From Phenylobacterium sp. (GTDB taxonomy: Bacteria > Pseudomonadota > Gammaproteobacteria > Enterobacterales > Alteromonadaceae): a stretch of 64,000 nt of DNA. Of the stretch, positions 8,464 through 17,763 are shown piece after piece. The notes beneath the pieces are model-generated. The model did no database searches, was not told the DNA's origin, and worked only from the letters and a program-made list of their open reading frames with translations. Location of the stretch: positions 9,184 to 73,183 of the forward strand of contig JBLGCB010000002.1 of NCBI GenBank assembly GCA_047617105.1. The letters run 5' to 3'. Made by a program: the position numbers and the translations under genes. Position 1 is the first letter of the stretch. Each line of letters starts with the position of its first letter.

Positions 8464-10002
8464 ATGTTGTTAAATGAAAATCACTTATTTGATCACGCCA
8501 ATCGCGAATATAAGAATATTAGTAATATCGAACTTGGCGATGAAATCACGCTCATGGCCGGACAAATTACTGCCGCGACCTATTGTTTTTTAAAAATGCT
8601 CGCTGAATTCGACCGCCGCAAAGGTTGGGACAACGGGTGTATCCGTTCTTGCTCACACTGGTTAAGCTTAAATTGTGGCATGACTGCGACTACGGCTCGC
8701 GAAAAGCTACGGGTTGCCCATTGCCTTGAAAAACTGCCTAACATCAATAAAGAATTTGAAAGCGGTAAGCTCAGCTATTCTAAAGTGCGCGCCATGACCA
8801 GAGTGGCGACTGATGACAACGAAGACATTTTATTAAGTGTTGCCATCGGCGGCACTGCCAGTCATATAGAAAAGCTGGTTCGTAGATATCAACTGGTGGA
8901 TGAAAATCAAAATCCTGTAGAGCAAGGCGATGAATATCAGCAACGAAAGTTGGACTATTATCAGGATGATGAGGGCATGTGGATTCTGCACGCTAAATTA
9001 CCTCAGCTTGAAGGCGGCTTACTGGTTAAAGCGATTGAAGAAATCATAAGGCAGCAGGATAAAAATCATTCAGAACAAGTGTCTGAAAAGGAGCAAAATG
9101 CTTCCGCGGAAGCGCCTGGACAGGAACAAGATGCTTCCACACAAGTGCCTGAAAAGGAGCAAAATGCTTCCGCGGAAGCGCCTGGACAGGAACAGATAAG
9201 CGTGCCAGTGGTTGAAAAAGCCAGCTATAGTCAAAAACGTGGGGACGCGCTTGCTTCTCTAGCGGAACACTACATAGCGACAGCAACTGTTGATGATGAA
9301 AATGGCGGCGTTCAGGCATTGGCTGGTCATGAACGCTGTCAGGTGGTATTACATTTAAGTGTTGATACTTTAGAGGCTGAAGCCAAACCTAAACACGAGC
9401 ACGGTGAAAGCTGCCATTACCTCACCCCGCCGAATGTGGATTATCAGTGGATCTCTATAGCCAATGCCAAACGTTTTAGTAGTGATGCCAGTTTGTATAC
9501 GGTTTTAGAAGATAAATACGGTAACGTGCTCAATGTTGGCAGAAAAACCAGGACTGTCGGCACCGCATTGAAGCGAGCGCTGGATTTGCGCGATGAAATC
9601 TGCCGTTTCCCCGGATGTTGTGCTAATAAGTATGTTGATTTTCATCATATCAAACACTGGGCAGATGGTGGTGAGACCGAACCTGATAACCTTATCAAGC
9701 TATGTCGATTTCATCATGCTCAACTACATAAGGGTCATTACGCCATCACAGTACAACAACAAACTCAAGAGAACAACGGCCAGAAGTGGGAGTTTGAAAC
9801 AGCCGCAGGTGAAATCATAAACCCGAACCCTACACCACTACCAATTACAACAAACAAAGACTTTTTAGGCGTACAATGGCCCAACATTGATAGTCGAACT
9901 GGGGTTTCTAGTTGGCGGGGCGAGCCATTGAATTATTCAGAGGCACTTGGAGATTTACTTTGGTGTAAGCATCGTAATTTCGATAATTTACTTCGTTATT
10001 AA
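8464..10002 (+). CDS. HNH endonuclease-domain protein with DUF222-like N-terminal region
   Basis: C-terminal CRFPGCCANKYVDFHHIKHWADGGETEPDNLIKLCRFHHAQLH (HNH/Zn ribbon). N-terminal SCSHWLSLNCGMTATTAREKLRVAHCL resembles DUF222. The ATG at 8464 follows AGGAG (8453-8457); the track start at 8398 lacks an RBS. Confidence 0.75.
   Translation: MLLNENHLFDHANREYKNISNIELGDEITLMAGQITAATYCFLKMLAEFDRRKGWDNGCIRSCSHWLSLNCGMTATTAREKLRVAHCLEKLPNINKEFESGKLSYSKVRAMTRVATDDNEDILLSVAIGGTASHIEKLVRRYQLVDENQNPVEQGDEYQQRKLDYYQDDEGMWILHAKLPQLEGGLLVKAIEEIIRQQDKNHSEQVSEKEQNASAEAPGQEQDASTQVPEKEQNASAEAPGQEQISVPVVEKASYSQKRGDALASLAEHYIATATVDDENGGVQALAGHERCQVVLHLSVDTLEAEAKPKHEHGESCHYLTPPNVDYQWISIANAKRFSSDASLYTVLEDKYGNVLNVGRKTRTVGTALKRALDLRDEICRFPGCCANKYVDFHHIKHWADGGETEPDNLIKLCRFHHAQLHKGHYAITVQQQTQENNGQKWEFETAAGEIINPNPTPLPITTNKDFLGVQWPNIDSRTGVSSWRGEPLNYSEALGDLLWCKHRNFDNLLRY
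9083..9194 (+). repeat. In-frame 46-nt perfect direct repeat, period 66 nt (22 aa: EKEQNASAEAPGQEQ...)
   Basis: CTGAAAAGGAGCAAAATGCTTCCGCGGAAGCGCCTGGACAGGAACA occurs at 9083-9128 and again at 9149-9194. Confidence 0.9.
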
Positions 10003-10368
10003 CCAATGGTCTCTCTTCTATTGGGGCAATTCTACATAGGCGGCCTGCCCTGCTTCCGTGGAGATCGAAGGTGCACTTTCAATATTTATAAATATAAGGC
10101 GGTAGGTTACGCCATAAACAAAGTAATATGGATTAGTTAATTATTGTCAGTTTTTCGCCCAAAGCGAGCAAGTTGTCAATAATCAGAACTAACAGCAAAA
10201 ACTTGTTTACATGATAAATTCTAATTGAAAGGATGGTATTGGCGACGAAATATTACACTCACTTACCCCAGGCGGTCATTCAAACATAGTTATGCTCAAA
10301 ACAGTTGGTATGTTACTATTTAGTCTATTTTTAAACTATAATTTGGACCCTTAATAAGAATCAATATA

Positions 10369-10707
10369 ATGAATGAAATCATAACCAGCATAAACGACGG
10401 AGGCAACCCAAATCCAACCACAGGAACAGGTTATCGTGTTGCTGTTCCTTGGGGTTTCCGAAAATTACATTTTGATAAATACGCTGATAGAACCGTGACA
10501 CTCAAGCTTGAGGTTGGGGTGTGCGAGATAATTCTAACAGATTCATTTTGGAATCGCTGCAACGAGCTTAAACATCAACTTGTCGGAAAGCTGCTGATAA
10601 AACACCAAGCAACTGATTGGGTTAAAAATAAACCAAATCAAGTACTACTTAAAAAATTAGAAGAAGGAGTGTTTGAGGTGCAGTGGCTTAATAAAGTTAA
10701 AAGTTAA
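10369..10707 (+). CDS. Hypothetical protein (112 aa) in AT-rich island
   Basis: Only an open frame in AT-rich DNA. I recognise no motif. Confidence 0.4.
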   Translation: MNEIITSINDGGNPNPTTGTGYRVAVPWGFRKLHFDKYADRTVTLKLEVGVCEIILTDSFWNRCNELKHQLVGKLLIKHQATDWVKNKPNQVLLKKLEEGVFEVQWLNKVKS

Positions 10708-11161
10708 TCAAGTATCAAACCTTTATAGGGAATAGTTACCCGCTTACTAAATTTCAAAGTATTCGCCCATTGCTAGCAAACTGCCTAACAAGACTCAGCC
10801 AAGAAGTGACAACTACCTTGGAAAACACAGACGCTGTCGCCTCGATAGCATCCATGTAATCGACTCAGCCTGCAAGTATCCAAAGCACAATCCCTCTACT
10901 GCCAAATTATCACAAAAAAACACCGATAAGAAAAACTCAAAACAAAGAGGCTGCGTATTTTCATGAAAATATGCAAAGGAAGTCGTTGATTTACTAAATT
11001 CGCCTCAAACTGGCCGAGAGAAAGCGAAGATCTAGGGTAGGGTATGACTTGTCTGGCTAAAGTAGTAACAACCTTCTAGTAGCAGATTGTTAAAACGAAA
11101 CAAAGAATATGCACTACCTACAAGAGCAGAATTAAAGTCAATAATATATAGGAACATTCGA

Positions 11162-11464
11162 ATGTTAAGTAAAGTTATATTGGTAATAAGCTTTTTAATT
11201 GGTCTCTCTCACCAGCAAATCACAAACTGGAAAAAAATATTGAATGGATTCTACAAATTCATACTCTTATTGACCGTCATTATGATAACGGGACTAAATA
11301 CTCTCTACGCTTCCCAACTCCCTTCAGGTTCAATCGAGTTAATCCTCAACAACCTTTACGAGCGTCAAGCCATTTATTTATTCGTTATAGGTATAGTGTT
11401 AATGTCATATCAAGTTGCTCTACTGGTTGTTGCAAATAGTTTATACAAGTCTCTGGTAGACTAA
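11162..11464 (+). CDS. Hypothetical small membrane protein (~3 TM segments)
   Basis: ATG at 11162, 7 nt after AGGAA. Hydrophobic stretches VILVISFLIGL, FILLLTVIMITGL and IYLFVIGIVLMSYQVALLVVA. The track start at 11087 is TTG without an RBS. Confidence 0.45.
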   Translation: MLSKVILVISFLIGLSHQQITNWKKILNGFYKFILLLTVIMITGLNTLYASQLPSGSIELILNNLYERQAIYLFVIGIVLMSYQVALLVVANSLYKSLVD

Positions 11465-11503
11465 AGAGGAAGCAAAAAGGAAAGTGACTTTCCCATGATT
11501 TCT

Positions 11504-11531
11504 CTGCTCGCTTTGTGGCCACAGCGAGCAG
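11504..11531 (+). terminator. Hairpin downstream of the 11162..11464 ORF
   Basis: CTGCTCGCT-ttgtggccac-AGCGAGCAG (9-bp stem). No U-run follows. Confidence 0.35.
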
Positions 11532-11667
11532 AATTAGCCAATTGAATATGGTATTAACTCTAGGACAAACAAATCCCCCTCACACCCACACCAAAAGAAT
11601 ACTTATTCACCAAATACACACATACACAATATAAATGCACTTTTTTTAGCTTTTTAATCTTTTTTGT

Positions 11668-11696
11668 TTGCATTGCCAAAATAACCATGTTAAAAA
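11668..11696 (+). promoter_or_regulatory. Candidate sigma70 promoter for the arg leader/operon
   Basis: TTGCAT (11668-11673), a 17-nt spacer, then TAAAAA (11691-11696). An A/T-rich tract lies upstream. Confidence 0.3.
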
Positions 11697-11733
11697 TAGC
11701 TCCATTGAAACAAGCAACAGAGGCGAGGCTATT

Positions 11734-11865
11734 ATGATCAAGCGATTACAGACCAGCAAGCTAGACTCACTGACCATTATGGCCAGCCTTTGTGCGACCA
11801 CTTTGATGATGCGCCGTCGCCATCACATCAAAGACAAAACAGGCTTAGCCGGGCGCAACGAGTGA
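11734..11865 (+). CDS. Candidate arginine-operon leader peptide (43 aa, ...LMMRRRHHIK...)
   Basis: ATG at 11734 after GAGGCGAGG. Three consecutive Arg codons CGC CGT CGC at 11812-11820. Stop TGA at 11863-11865, 10 nt after a GCCGGG segment that duplicates the 3' arm of the downstream terminator. Confidence 0.3.
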   Translation: MIKRLQTSKLDSLTIMASLCATTLMMRRRHHIKDKTGLAGRNE

Positions 11866-11893
11866 AGTAACAGATACACTCTACTGAAATTGC

Positions 11894-11923
11894 AAAAACC
11901 CGGCCATAGCGCCGGGTTTTTTT
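11894..11923 (+). terminator. Rho-independent terminator / possible attenuator 80 nt upstream of argF'
   Basis: AAAAACCCGGC-catagc-GCCGGGTTTTTTT: CCCGGC/GCCGGG stem (11899-11904 / 11911-11916), flanking A5/T7 runs. Confidence 0.75.
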
Positions 11924-12002
11924 ATGGCTTTTTAACTCAGACAAACTAAAGTCATATGAATATCAGATAATCAACCATTAACAAGAAACAGCAGGAACTG
12001 CC

Positions 12003-13001
12003 ATGAAACATTTTATCACCACCGCCGATTGGAGCCAGCAAGAACTTCAATCGATGATTGATACCGCCAATGAGTTTAAGCAAGGCGCACAAAGCGACGC
12101 CCTTAAAGGCAAGTCTGTGGCACTGATGTTTTTTAACCCAAGTCTGCGTACCCGCACTTCATTTGAGCTGGGTACTTGGCAAATGGGTGGCCATGCCATC
12201 GTACTCGAACCGGGCAAAAGTGCTTGGCCATTAGAATTTGAACTCGGCACCACCATGGACAGCACCGCCGAAGAACATGTGATTGAAGCAGCGCAAGTAT
12301 TATCTAGATATTGCGATTTGATTTGTGTGCGTGCATTCCCAGCCTTTATTGACTGGCAACAAGACCGACAAGATAGCATGATCAAGGCATTTGCCCAATA
12401 TGCCACGGTGCCGGTGATCAACATGGAAACCATCACCCACCCTTGTCAAGAACTGGCCCATATGCAGATGATTCAGCAAAACATCGGCAAGCCAAAAAAC
12501 AAAAAATATGTCCTCACCTGGACCTATCACCCTAAACCGCTCAATACCGCCGTGGCCAACTCATCGCTGCTGATTTCAACCAAATTTGGCATGGATGTGA
12601 CCTTACTCTGTCCCAACGAAAACTACCTATTAGACCCGCGTTATATGGAACTGGCCAAACACAATGCCGAGCAAAACGGCGGTAGCTTTAATGTCACCCA
12701 TAACATCGATGAAGCTTACGAAGGCGCAGATATCGTTTATGCCAAAAGCTGGGGCGCACTGCCATTTTTCGGCAATTGGGCACCAGAGAAAGAAATGCGC
12801 GAGCAATACAAACACTTTATTGTCGATGAAGAAAAAATGGCCAAAACCAATAACGGCCTGTTCTCTCATTGCTTACCACTGCGAAGAAATATTAAAGCCA
12901 CCGATGGCGTGATGGATGCCCCTTATTGTAAGGCCATCGACGAAGCTGAAAACCGTATTTATGTGCAAAAAGCCGTGATGAAGCAATTAGTGAACCAATA
13001 A
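12003..13001 (+). CDS. argF': N-acetylornithine carbamoyltransferase-type transcarbamylase (Xanthomonas argF' type)
   Basis: FFNPSLRTRTSFE, VPVINMETITHPCQELAH, KKYVLTWTYHPKPLNTAVANS, YAKSWGALPFFGNW and FSHCLPLRRN. These are near-identical in pattern to the acetyl/succinyl-ornithine transcarbamylase family as I remember it. They are not the classical OTCase HPxQ/HCLP spacing. Confidence 0.8.
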   Translation: MKHFITTADWSQQELQSMIDTANEFKQGAQSDALKGKSVALMFFNPSLRTRTSFELGTWQMGGHAIVLEPGKSAWPLEFELGTTMDSTAEEHVIEAAQVLSRYCDLICVRAFPAFIDWQQDRQDSMIKAFAQYATVPVINMETITHPCQELAHMQMIQQNIGKPKNKKYVLTWTYHPKPLNTAVANSSLLISTKFGMDVTLLCPNENYLLDPRYMELAKHNAEQNGGSFNVTHNIDEAYEGADIVYAKSWGALPFFGNWAPEKEMREQYKHFIVDEEKMAKTNNGLFSHCLPLRRNIKATDGVMDAPYCKAIDEAENRIYVQKAVMKQLVNQ

Positions 13002-13040
13002 ACAGAATTAACACCAATTTTTAGTAGGAAAGAAAACGCT

Positions 13041-14288
13041 ATGAGCAACACCACAGCAGCACCAGACCTCACTCAAGACAAACAAGTCGTACTGGCATTC
13101 TCAGGCGGATTAGATACCAGCTTCTGCGTACCTTACCTAATTGAACAAGGTTATAAAGTCACCACCATTTTTGTTGATTCAGGCGGTGTGAGTGAAGAAG
13201 AAAAGCAAACCATCGAACAACGCGCCATGTCATTAGGTGCGGTTGCCCATAAAGAAGTCAGCATCGCCGCAGGATTGTGGCAACGGGTGATCACCCCGCT
13301 GATTCAAAGCGGCCAATGGTATCAAAACCAATATCCTTTATTATGCTCAGACCGTTATTTGATTGTTGAAGCGGCACTGAAATTATGTGATGAACTGGGC
13401 ACCAAAAACTTCTCCCACGGCTGTACTGGCATGGGTAACGACCAAGTCAGATTCGATATGACCGTGCATTGCCTTGGCGACTACAACATTCTTTCACCAA
13501 TTCGAGAAATTCAAAAACTGACCGGCGAAGTGCGCGCTTATGAGCAACAATACCTGCAAGACAAGGGTTTCTCGGTCTCTAGCCAAGTCAGCCATTATTC
13601 AATTAACGAAAACCTGCTCGGTGCCACCATTTCGGGCTCTGAAATCGACCAATGGCAGCAACCAGCAGACGCCAGTTATGTATTAACACCTGCGCCTTCT
13701 TCACAAGCCGGTCTTGAACCAACCACGTTGACCCTAGCCTTTAAACAAGGTGAACTGGTTGCACTGAACAACGACCCATTAAACGACAGCTATACTGGCG
13801 AACAGGTGATGCAGCAGTTGAACAAATTGGTCGGCAGTTATGGTATTGGCCGAGGTGTATATACCGGCGATACCACCATTGGTCTTAAAGGCCGCATCGT
13901 ATTTGAAGCCCCGGCCATCGCCGCACTTAACGCTGCCCATACCGCATTAGAGCAAGCGGTATTGTCCAAAGCACAAAATCGATTTAAAGCCACCATCGCC
14001 CAGAAGTGGACCGAGCTGGTGTATGAAGGTTTCTTCTATGAGCCGTTAAAATATGACCTCGAAGCGTTTTTAAGCTCTTCACAAACCCAGGTCACTGGCA
14101 CCGTTACCTTAGAACTCAGTCAAGGCCAGCTACACGCCGTGGCAGTTGAATCTGACAATATTCTCAAAGACAGCGGTTCTGTTTATGCCCAATCGGCTTC
14201 GTGGAATATCGAAGAAGCACTGGGTTTCATCAAATTATTTGGCAAGTCGGCAACATTAGCGGCTAACCAACTCAAAGCAAAGAAGTAG
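13041..14288 (+). CDS. argG: Argininosuccinate synthase
   Basis: N-terminal VLAFSGGLDTS ATP-PPase motif, GCTGMGNDQVRF, 415 aa, arg operon context. Confidence 0.9.
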   Translation: MSNTTAAPDLTQDKQVVLAFSGGLDTSFCVPYLIEQGYKVTTIFVDSGGVSEEEKQTIEQRAMSLGAVAHKEVSIAAGLWQRVITPLIQSGQWYQNQYPLLCSDRYLIVEAALKLCDELGTKNFSHGCTGMGNDQVRFDMTVHCLGDYNILSPIREIQKLTGEVRAYEQQYLQDKGFSVSSQVSHYSINENLLGATISGSEIDQWQQPADASYVLTPAPSSQAGLEPTTLTLAFKQGELVALNNDPLNDSYTGEQVMQQLNKLVGSYGIGRGVYTGDTTIGLKGRIVFEAPAIAALNAAHTALEQAVLSKAQNRFKATIAQKWTELVYEGFFYEPLKYDLEAFLSSSQTQVTGTVTLELSQGQLHAVAVESDNILKDSGSVYAQSASWNIEEALGFIKLFGKSATLAANQLKAKK

Positions 14289-14298
14289 GGCACGGCCA

Positions 14299-15426
14299 AT
14301 GACTCAAACAGCATTAACGAATACCCTCGCCCATCTTGAGGCGTTGGTAAGCTTTGATACCCAAAACCCGCCAAGGGCAATCACCGTTGACAGCGAGATT
14401 TTCGCTTACCTTAAGCAACAGTTGCCGGGTTTTGAACTCACCATGTTTGACGCTGGCGAAGGTTGCATCAGCTTGCTGGCCACCCGAGGCCAGCCAGAGG
14501 TCTTATTCAACTTTCATATTGATACCGTACCAGTCGCCCCTAACTGGTCAGTAGACCCCTTTACCTTGATTGTTGATGAAGAAAAAGCCATCGCTACTGC
14601 CATCGGTGCCTGTGATATCAAAGGCGCAGCAGCGTGTATGTTATCAGCCGTCAGCAAGACCGACGGTGATGTCGCATTGCTATTTTCTTCTGATGAAGAA
14701 CATGGTTCGAGCAAGGCCATCAAGTCTTTTTTGAGTCAATTGGCTGAAGTCGGCAACTTCAAAAAAGTCATTGTCGCCGAACCCACGATGGCCCAAGCAA
14801 CCCTAGCCCATCGCGGTATCATGTCTGCTAAGGGTTATTTTAGCGGTATTTCTGGTCATGCTTCAGAAGCCAGAGCGTTTAAAGACAGCGCCGTGCATAA
14901 AGCAGGCAAATGGATGGCATCAGCACTGGATTGGGTTGAACAACAAACCCACAGCTTTGACAGCCTCAGCGGTTTGCCGTTTAACATTGGCAAAATTGAT
15001 GGCGGTATCAAAGCCAACATGATCGCCGCCGATTGTGAACTGGCTTTTGGTTATCGACCCTTGCCGGGGCAAAATGCTGAACTGTTACTGGCTGAGTTAC
15101 AACAACTCGGTGGTGACGATTGTAAACTGGTGGCAGGTTTTCAGGGTCCAACCCTACCCGCTGCCAATCAAGATTTTGCCACTGCCATCGATAATGCTCA
15201 AGAACTGGCCCAATCGTGCGGTTTACCGATTGGCCAAGCAGTCAATTTTTGGACTGAAGCGAGTTTGTTTTCACAAGCCGGTTGCGCGACTTTGGTTTTT
15301 GGACCAGGTAATATCGCCCAGGCACATACTGCCGATGAATGGGTAGCACTGGAACAGTTACAGCAAGTTGAGCAGTGTTATTGTAATATCCTCTCGGGCG
15401 CTGCTCTGTCAGGCTTAGAAGGATAA
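14299..15426 (+). CDS. argE: M20-family deacetylase, acetylcitrulline/acetylornithine deacetylase type
   Basis: LVSFDTQNPPRAI, FHIDTVP, ACDIKGAAA and LLFSSDEEHG. The pattern matches the Xanthomonas ArgE' type that partners with argF'. Confidence 0.8.
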   Translation: MTQTALTNTLAHLEALVSFDTQNPPRAITVDSEIFAYLKQQLPGFELTMFDAGEGCISLLATRGQPEVLFNFHIDTVPVAPNWSVDPFTLIVDEEKAIATAIGACDIKGAAACMLSAVSKTDGDVALLFSSDEEHGSSKAIKSFLSQLAEVGNFKKVIVAEPTMAQATLAHRGIMSAKGYFSGISGHASEARAFKDSAVHKAGKWMASALDWVEQQTHSFDSLSGLPFNIGKIDGGIKANMIAADCELAFGYRPLPGQNAELLLAELQQLGGDDCKLVAGFQGPTLPAANQDFATAIDNAQELAQSCGLPIGQAVNFWTEASLFSQAGCATLVFGPGNIAQAHTADEWVALEQLQQVEQCYCNILSGAALSGLEG

Positions 15427-15438
15427 AAGGAAAAAGTG

Positions 15439-16767
15439 ATGAAAACGAATCAACCCAAAGTCAAAGAGACCATTATTCAATTGTTGTCTAACCTGGGTAA
15501 CCCTCAGGAAATTGACCAATATATGAAGCGTTTCGTCAACGCGGGTCAGGCGCATTTTGCGGTGATCAAAGTGGGTGGTGCGGTACTCGACAACGATTTA
15601 GACAACCTGTGTTCATCACTGGCCTTTCTCGAACAAATCGGCTTATTCCCCATCGTGGTTCACGGTGCCGGGCCACAGTTAAGCAAAAACCTCGAGGCAG
15701 GCAATATCGAGTGCCAATTTATTGAAGGACAAAGAGTCACCTCGGCGGCAGTATTAAGAGTCGCCAAGAAAACCTTTATTCAGCAAAATCTTAAATTAGC
15801 CAACAAATTGCAGGCAATGGGGGTGAAAACGGCGTCAATTACCTCCGGCGTGTTTGGTGCGACATTAACCACCAATACCGAGCTTGGTTATGTCGGTGAA
15901 GTCAATAACATCGACTTAGAGCCGATTAATGCCGCCATTGATAGCGGTGCTATCCCCATTCTATCTTCACTGGCTGAAACAGATACCGGCCAATACCTTA
16001 ACGTTAACGCCGATATCGCCACCAATCAGCTGGCTATCGCGTTAAAACCCTACAAAATTATCTTTTTGACTGAAACCGGAGGATTGCTCAATGAAGATGG
16101 CAAAATTATCTCCTCGGTCAATCTGGCCACCGATTACGATAGCCTGATGATGCAAGACTGGCTCAAAGGCGGCATGAAGCTTAAGATTCAGCAAGTGGCC
16201 GATATTCTTAGCCAACTGCCCGCCACCGCCTCAGTATCTATCACCACCCCAGCGCATCTGGCCAAGGAACTCTTTACCCACAAAGGTTCTGGCACCCTGC
16301 TGCGTAAAGGTGAAGCAATATTCACTCATGTGGATAGTAAAAGCATCGAAAAACAACGATTGTCACATTTACTCGAATCAGGTTTTGATAAAGTATTAGA
16401 CCTCGATTACTTCGAAAAAGCCCATATCCACAAATCCTATATTACCGGCTGTTACCGCGCCGCAGCGCTGATCACCTTACCTGAGGATGTGCCTAAAGAT
16501 ATTCCATTTCTCGACAAGTTTGTCGTTGCCGACGATGCCAAAGGCGAAGGTCTGGGTAAAACCGTGTGGCGTAAACTGGTTGAAGATAACCCCAAATTGT
16601 TCTGGCGCTGTCGCCCTGACAATACCATTAACGGCTTTTACTTTAAGCAATCCACCGGTTGTTATAAAACCGATGAGTGGACAGTATTTTGGTATGGGGT
16701 CAGTGATTATAAACAAATCGCTGAATGCATCGACTACGCCCTAAGTAAACCGGCGACATTGAACTAG
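15439..16767 (+). CDS. argB: Bifunctional-type N-acetylglutamate kinase with C-terminal GNAT domain (ArgA/B)
   Basis: AAK domain (FAVIKVGGAVL, VVHGAGPQ) plus a ~150-aa C-terminal acetyltransferase-like region (AKGEGLGKTVWRKL). ATG at 15439, 7 nt after AAGGA; the track start at 15436 is GTG. Confidence 0.8.
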   Translation: MKTNQPKVKETIIQLLSNLGNPQEIDQYMKRFVNAGQAHFAVIKVGGAVLDNDLDNLCSSLAFLEQIGLFPIVVHGAGPQLSKNLEAGNIECQFIEGQRVTSAAVLRVAKKTFIQQNLKLANKLQAMGVKTASITSGVFGATLTTNTELGYVGEVNNIDLEPINAAIDSGAIPILSSLAETDTGQYLNVNADIATNQLAIALKPYKIIFLTETGGLLNEDGKIISSVNLATDYDSLMMQDWLKGGMKLKIQQVADILSQLPATASVSITTPAHLAKELFTHKGSGTLLRKGEAIFTHVDSKSIEKQRLSHLLESGFDKVLDLDYFEKAHIHKSYITGCYRAAALITLPEDVPKDIPFLDKFVVADDAKGEGLGKTVWRKLVEDNPKLFWRCRPDNTINGFYFKQSTGCYKTDEWTVFWYGVSDYKQIAECIDYALSKPATLN

Positions 16768-16779
16768 TAGGTAAAATAG

Positions 16780-17763
16780 ATGACAAACAAATACACATTA
16801 GGGATCGTCGGTGCCCGAGGATACGTAGGCAAAGAGTTGCTCGCCTTAATTGCGTCACACCCACAAATTGAGGTGAGCTGGATAAGCTCACGCCAACTCA
16901 AAGGTCAATCGGCCAAAGAACTGGTCGACGCGTTGGCCGATATCACCGTAGAAGACTTATCACCACAACAAGTGGCGGCGAAACAAAGTGATATCGTGGT
17001 GCTGGCCTTACCCAATGGCCTGGCTGCGCCTTTTGTCGCGGCATTAGCAGATGTACCGCAGACTGATCTACCACAGACTAAAGTGATCATCGACTTATCT
17101 GCCGATTATCGATTTGACCCAAACTGGACCTATTCGCTGCCAGAATTGGATGTTATAGAACCGTTCACTGCAAAAGCAGGCGCGGTGAAAATCAGCAACC
17201 CCGGTTGTTACGCCACCGCCATGCAATTGGCAATTGCACCACTCAAAGACCGCATTGTTGCCAGACCCAACTGCTTTGGCGTCTCTGGTTATAGCGGTGC
17301 AGGCACCAAACCTTGCGCCAACAACGATCCAGAAAACCTCAGCAATAACCTGATTGGTTACGGTTTGGTCGAACATATCCATGAACAAGAAGTCAGCGCC
17401 CGAATGCAGCAAGGTGTGTCATTTTCGCCTCATGTGGCAGAGTTTTTTCGCGGTATCAACATGACCATTCAGTTTGAATTTGACCAGCCACAAAACTCGG
17501 CAGATTTGCTGGCGCTGTTTAACGACTTTTATGCCAACCAGCCATTTGTCTCGGCGCAACAGGCTGTGCCGACCATCAAGCAAATCGTCAACACACCAAA
17601 CTGCTTAATCGGTGGTTTTAGCGTCAGCAGCGACGGCTTACGGGCCACCATCATCAGTTGCCTAGATAACTTAACCAAAGGTGCCGCCACTCAGGCATTA
17701 CAAAATATCAACCTAGCGTTAGCTTTACCATCAACGACAGGTATCACAGGAGAGAGAGCATGA
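16780..17763 (+). CDS. argC: N-acetyl-gamma-glutamyl-phosphate reductase
   Basis: GIVGARGYVGKEL NAD motif, SNPGCYAT active-site Cys, operon context. Confidence 0.85.
   Translation: MTNKYTLGIVGARGYVGKELLALIASHPQIEVSWISSRQLKGQSAKELVDALADITVEDLSPQQVAAKQSDIVVLALPNGLAAPFVAALADVPQTDLPQTKVIIDLSADYRFDPNWTYSLPELDVIEPFTAKAGAVKISNPGCYATAMQLAIAPLKDRIVARPNCFGVSGYSGAGTKPCANNDPENLSNNLIGYGLVEHIHEQEVSARMQQGVSFSPHVAEFFRGINMTIQFEFDQPQNSADLLALFNDFYANQPFVSAQQAVPTIKQIVNTPNCLIGGFSVSSDGLRATIISCLDNLTKGAATQALQNINLALALPSTTGITGERA

Noticed and set aside
10003-11700. Integron gene-cassette array with attC sites.
   Set aside because: There is one RYYYAAC-like site but no inverted GTTRRRY partner, no recognisable attC secondary structure by eye, and no intI gene in the window. 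I kept it only as a low-interest finding.
11668-11865. The full 65-aa track ORF as a protein-coding gene.
   Set aside because: Its start is a TTG that coincides with the -35-like hexamer, and there is no RBS. Only the internal ATG at 11734 has an SD, so I treat it as a candidate leader peptide instead.
11951-11975. Possible ARG box (ArgR operator) GTCATATGAATATCAGATAATCAAC just upstream of argF'.
   Set aside because: Only the TGAAT half-site matches TNTGAATWWWWATTCANW. The second half (GATAA) is poor and there is no tandem second box.
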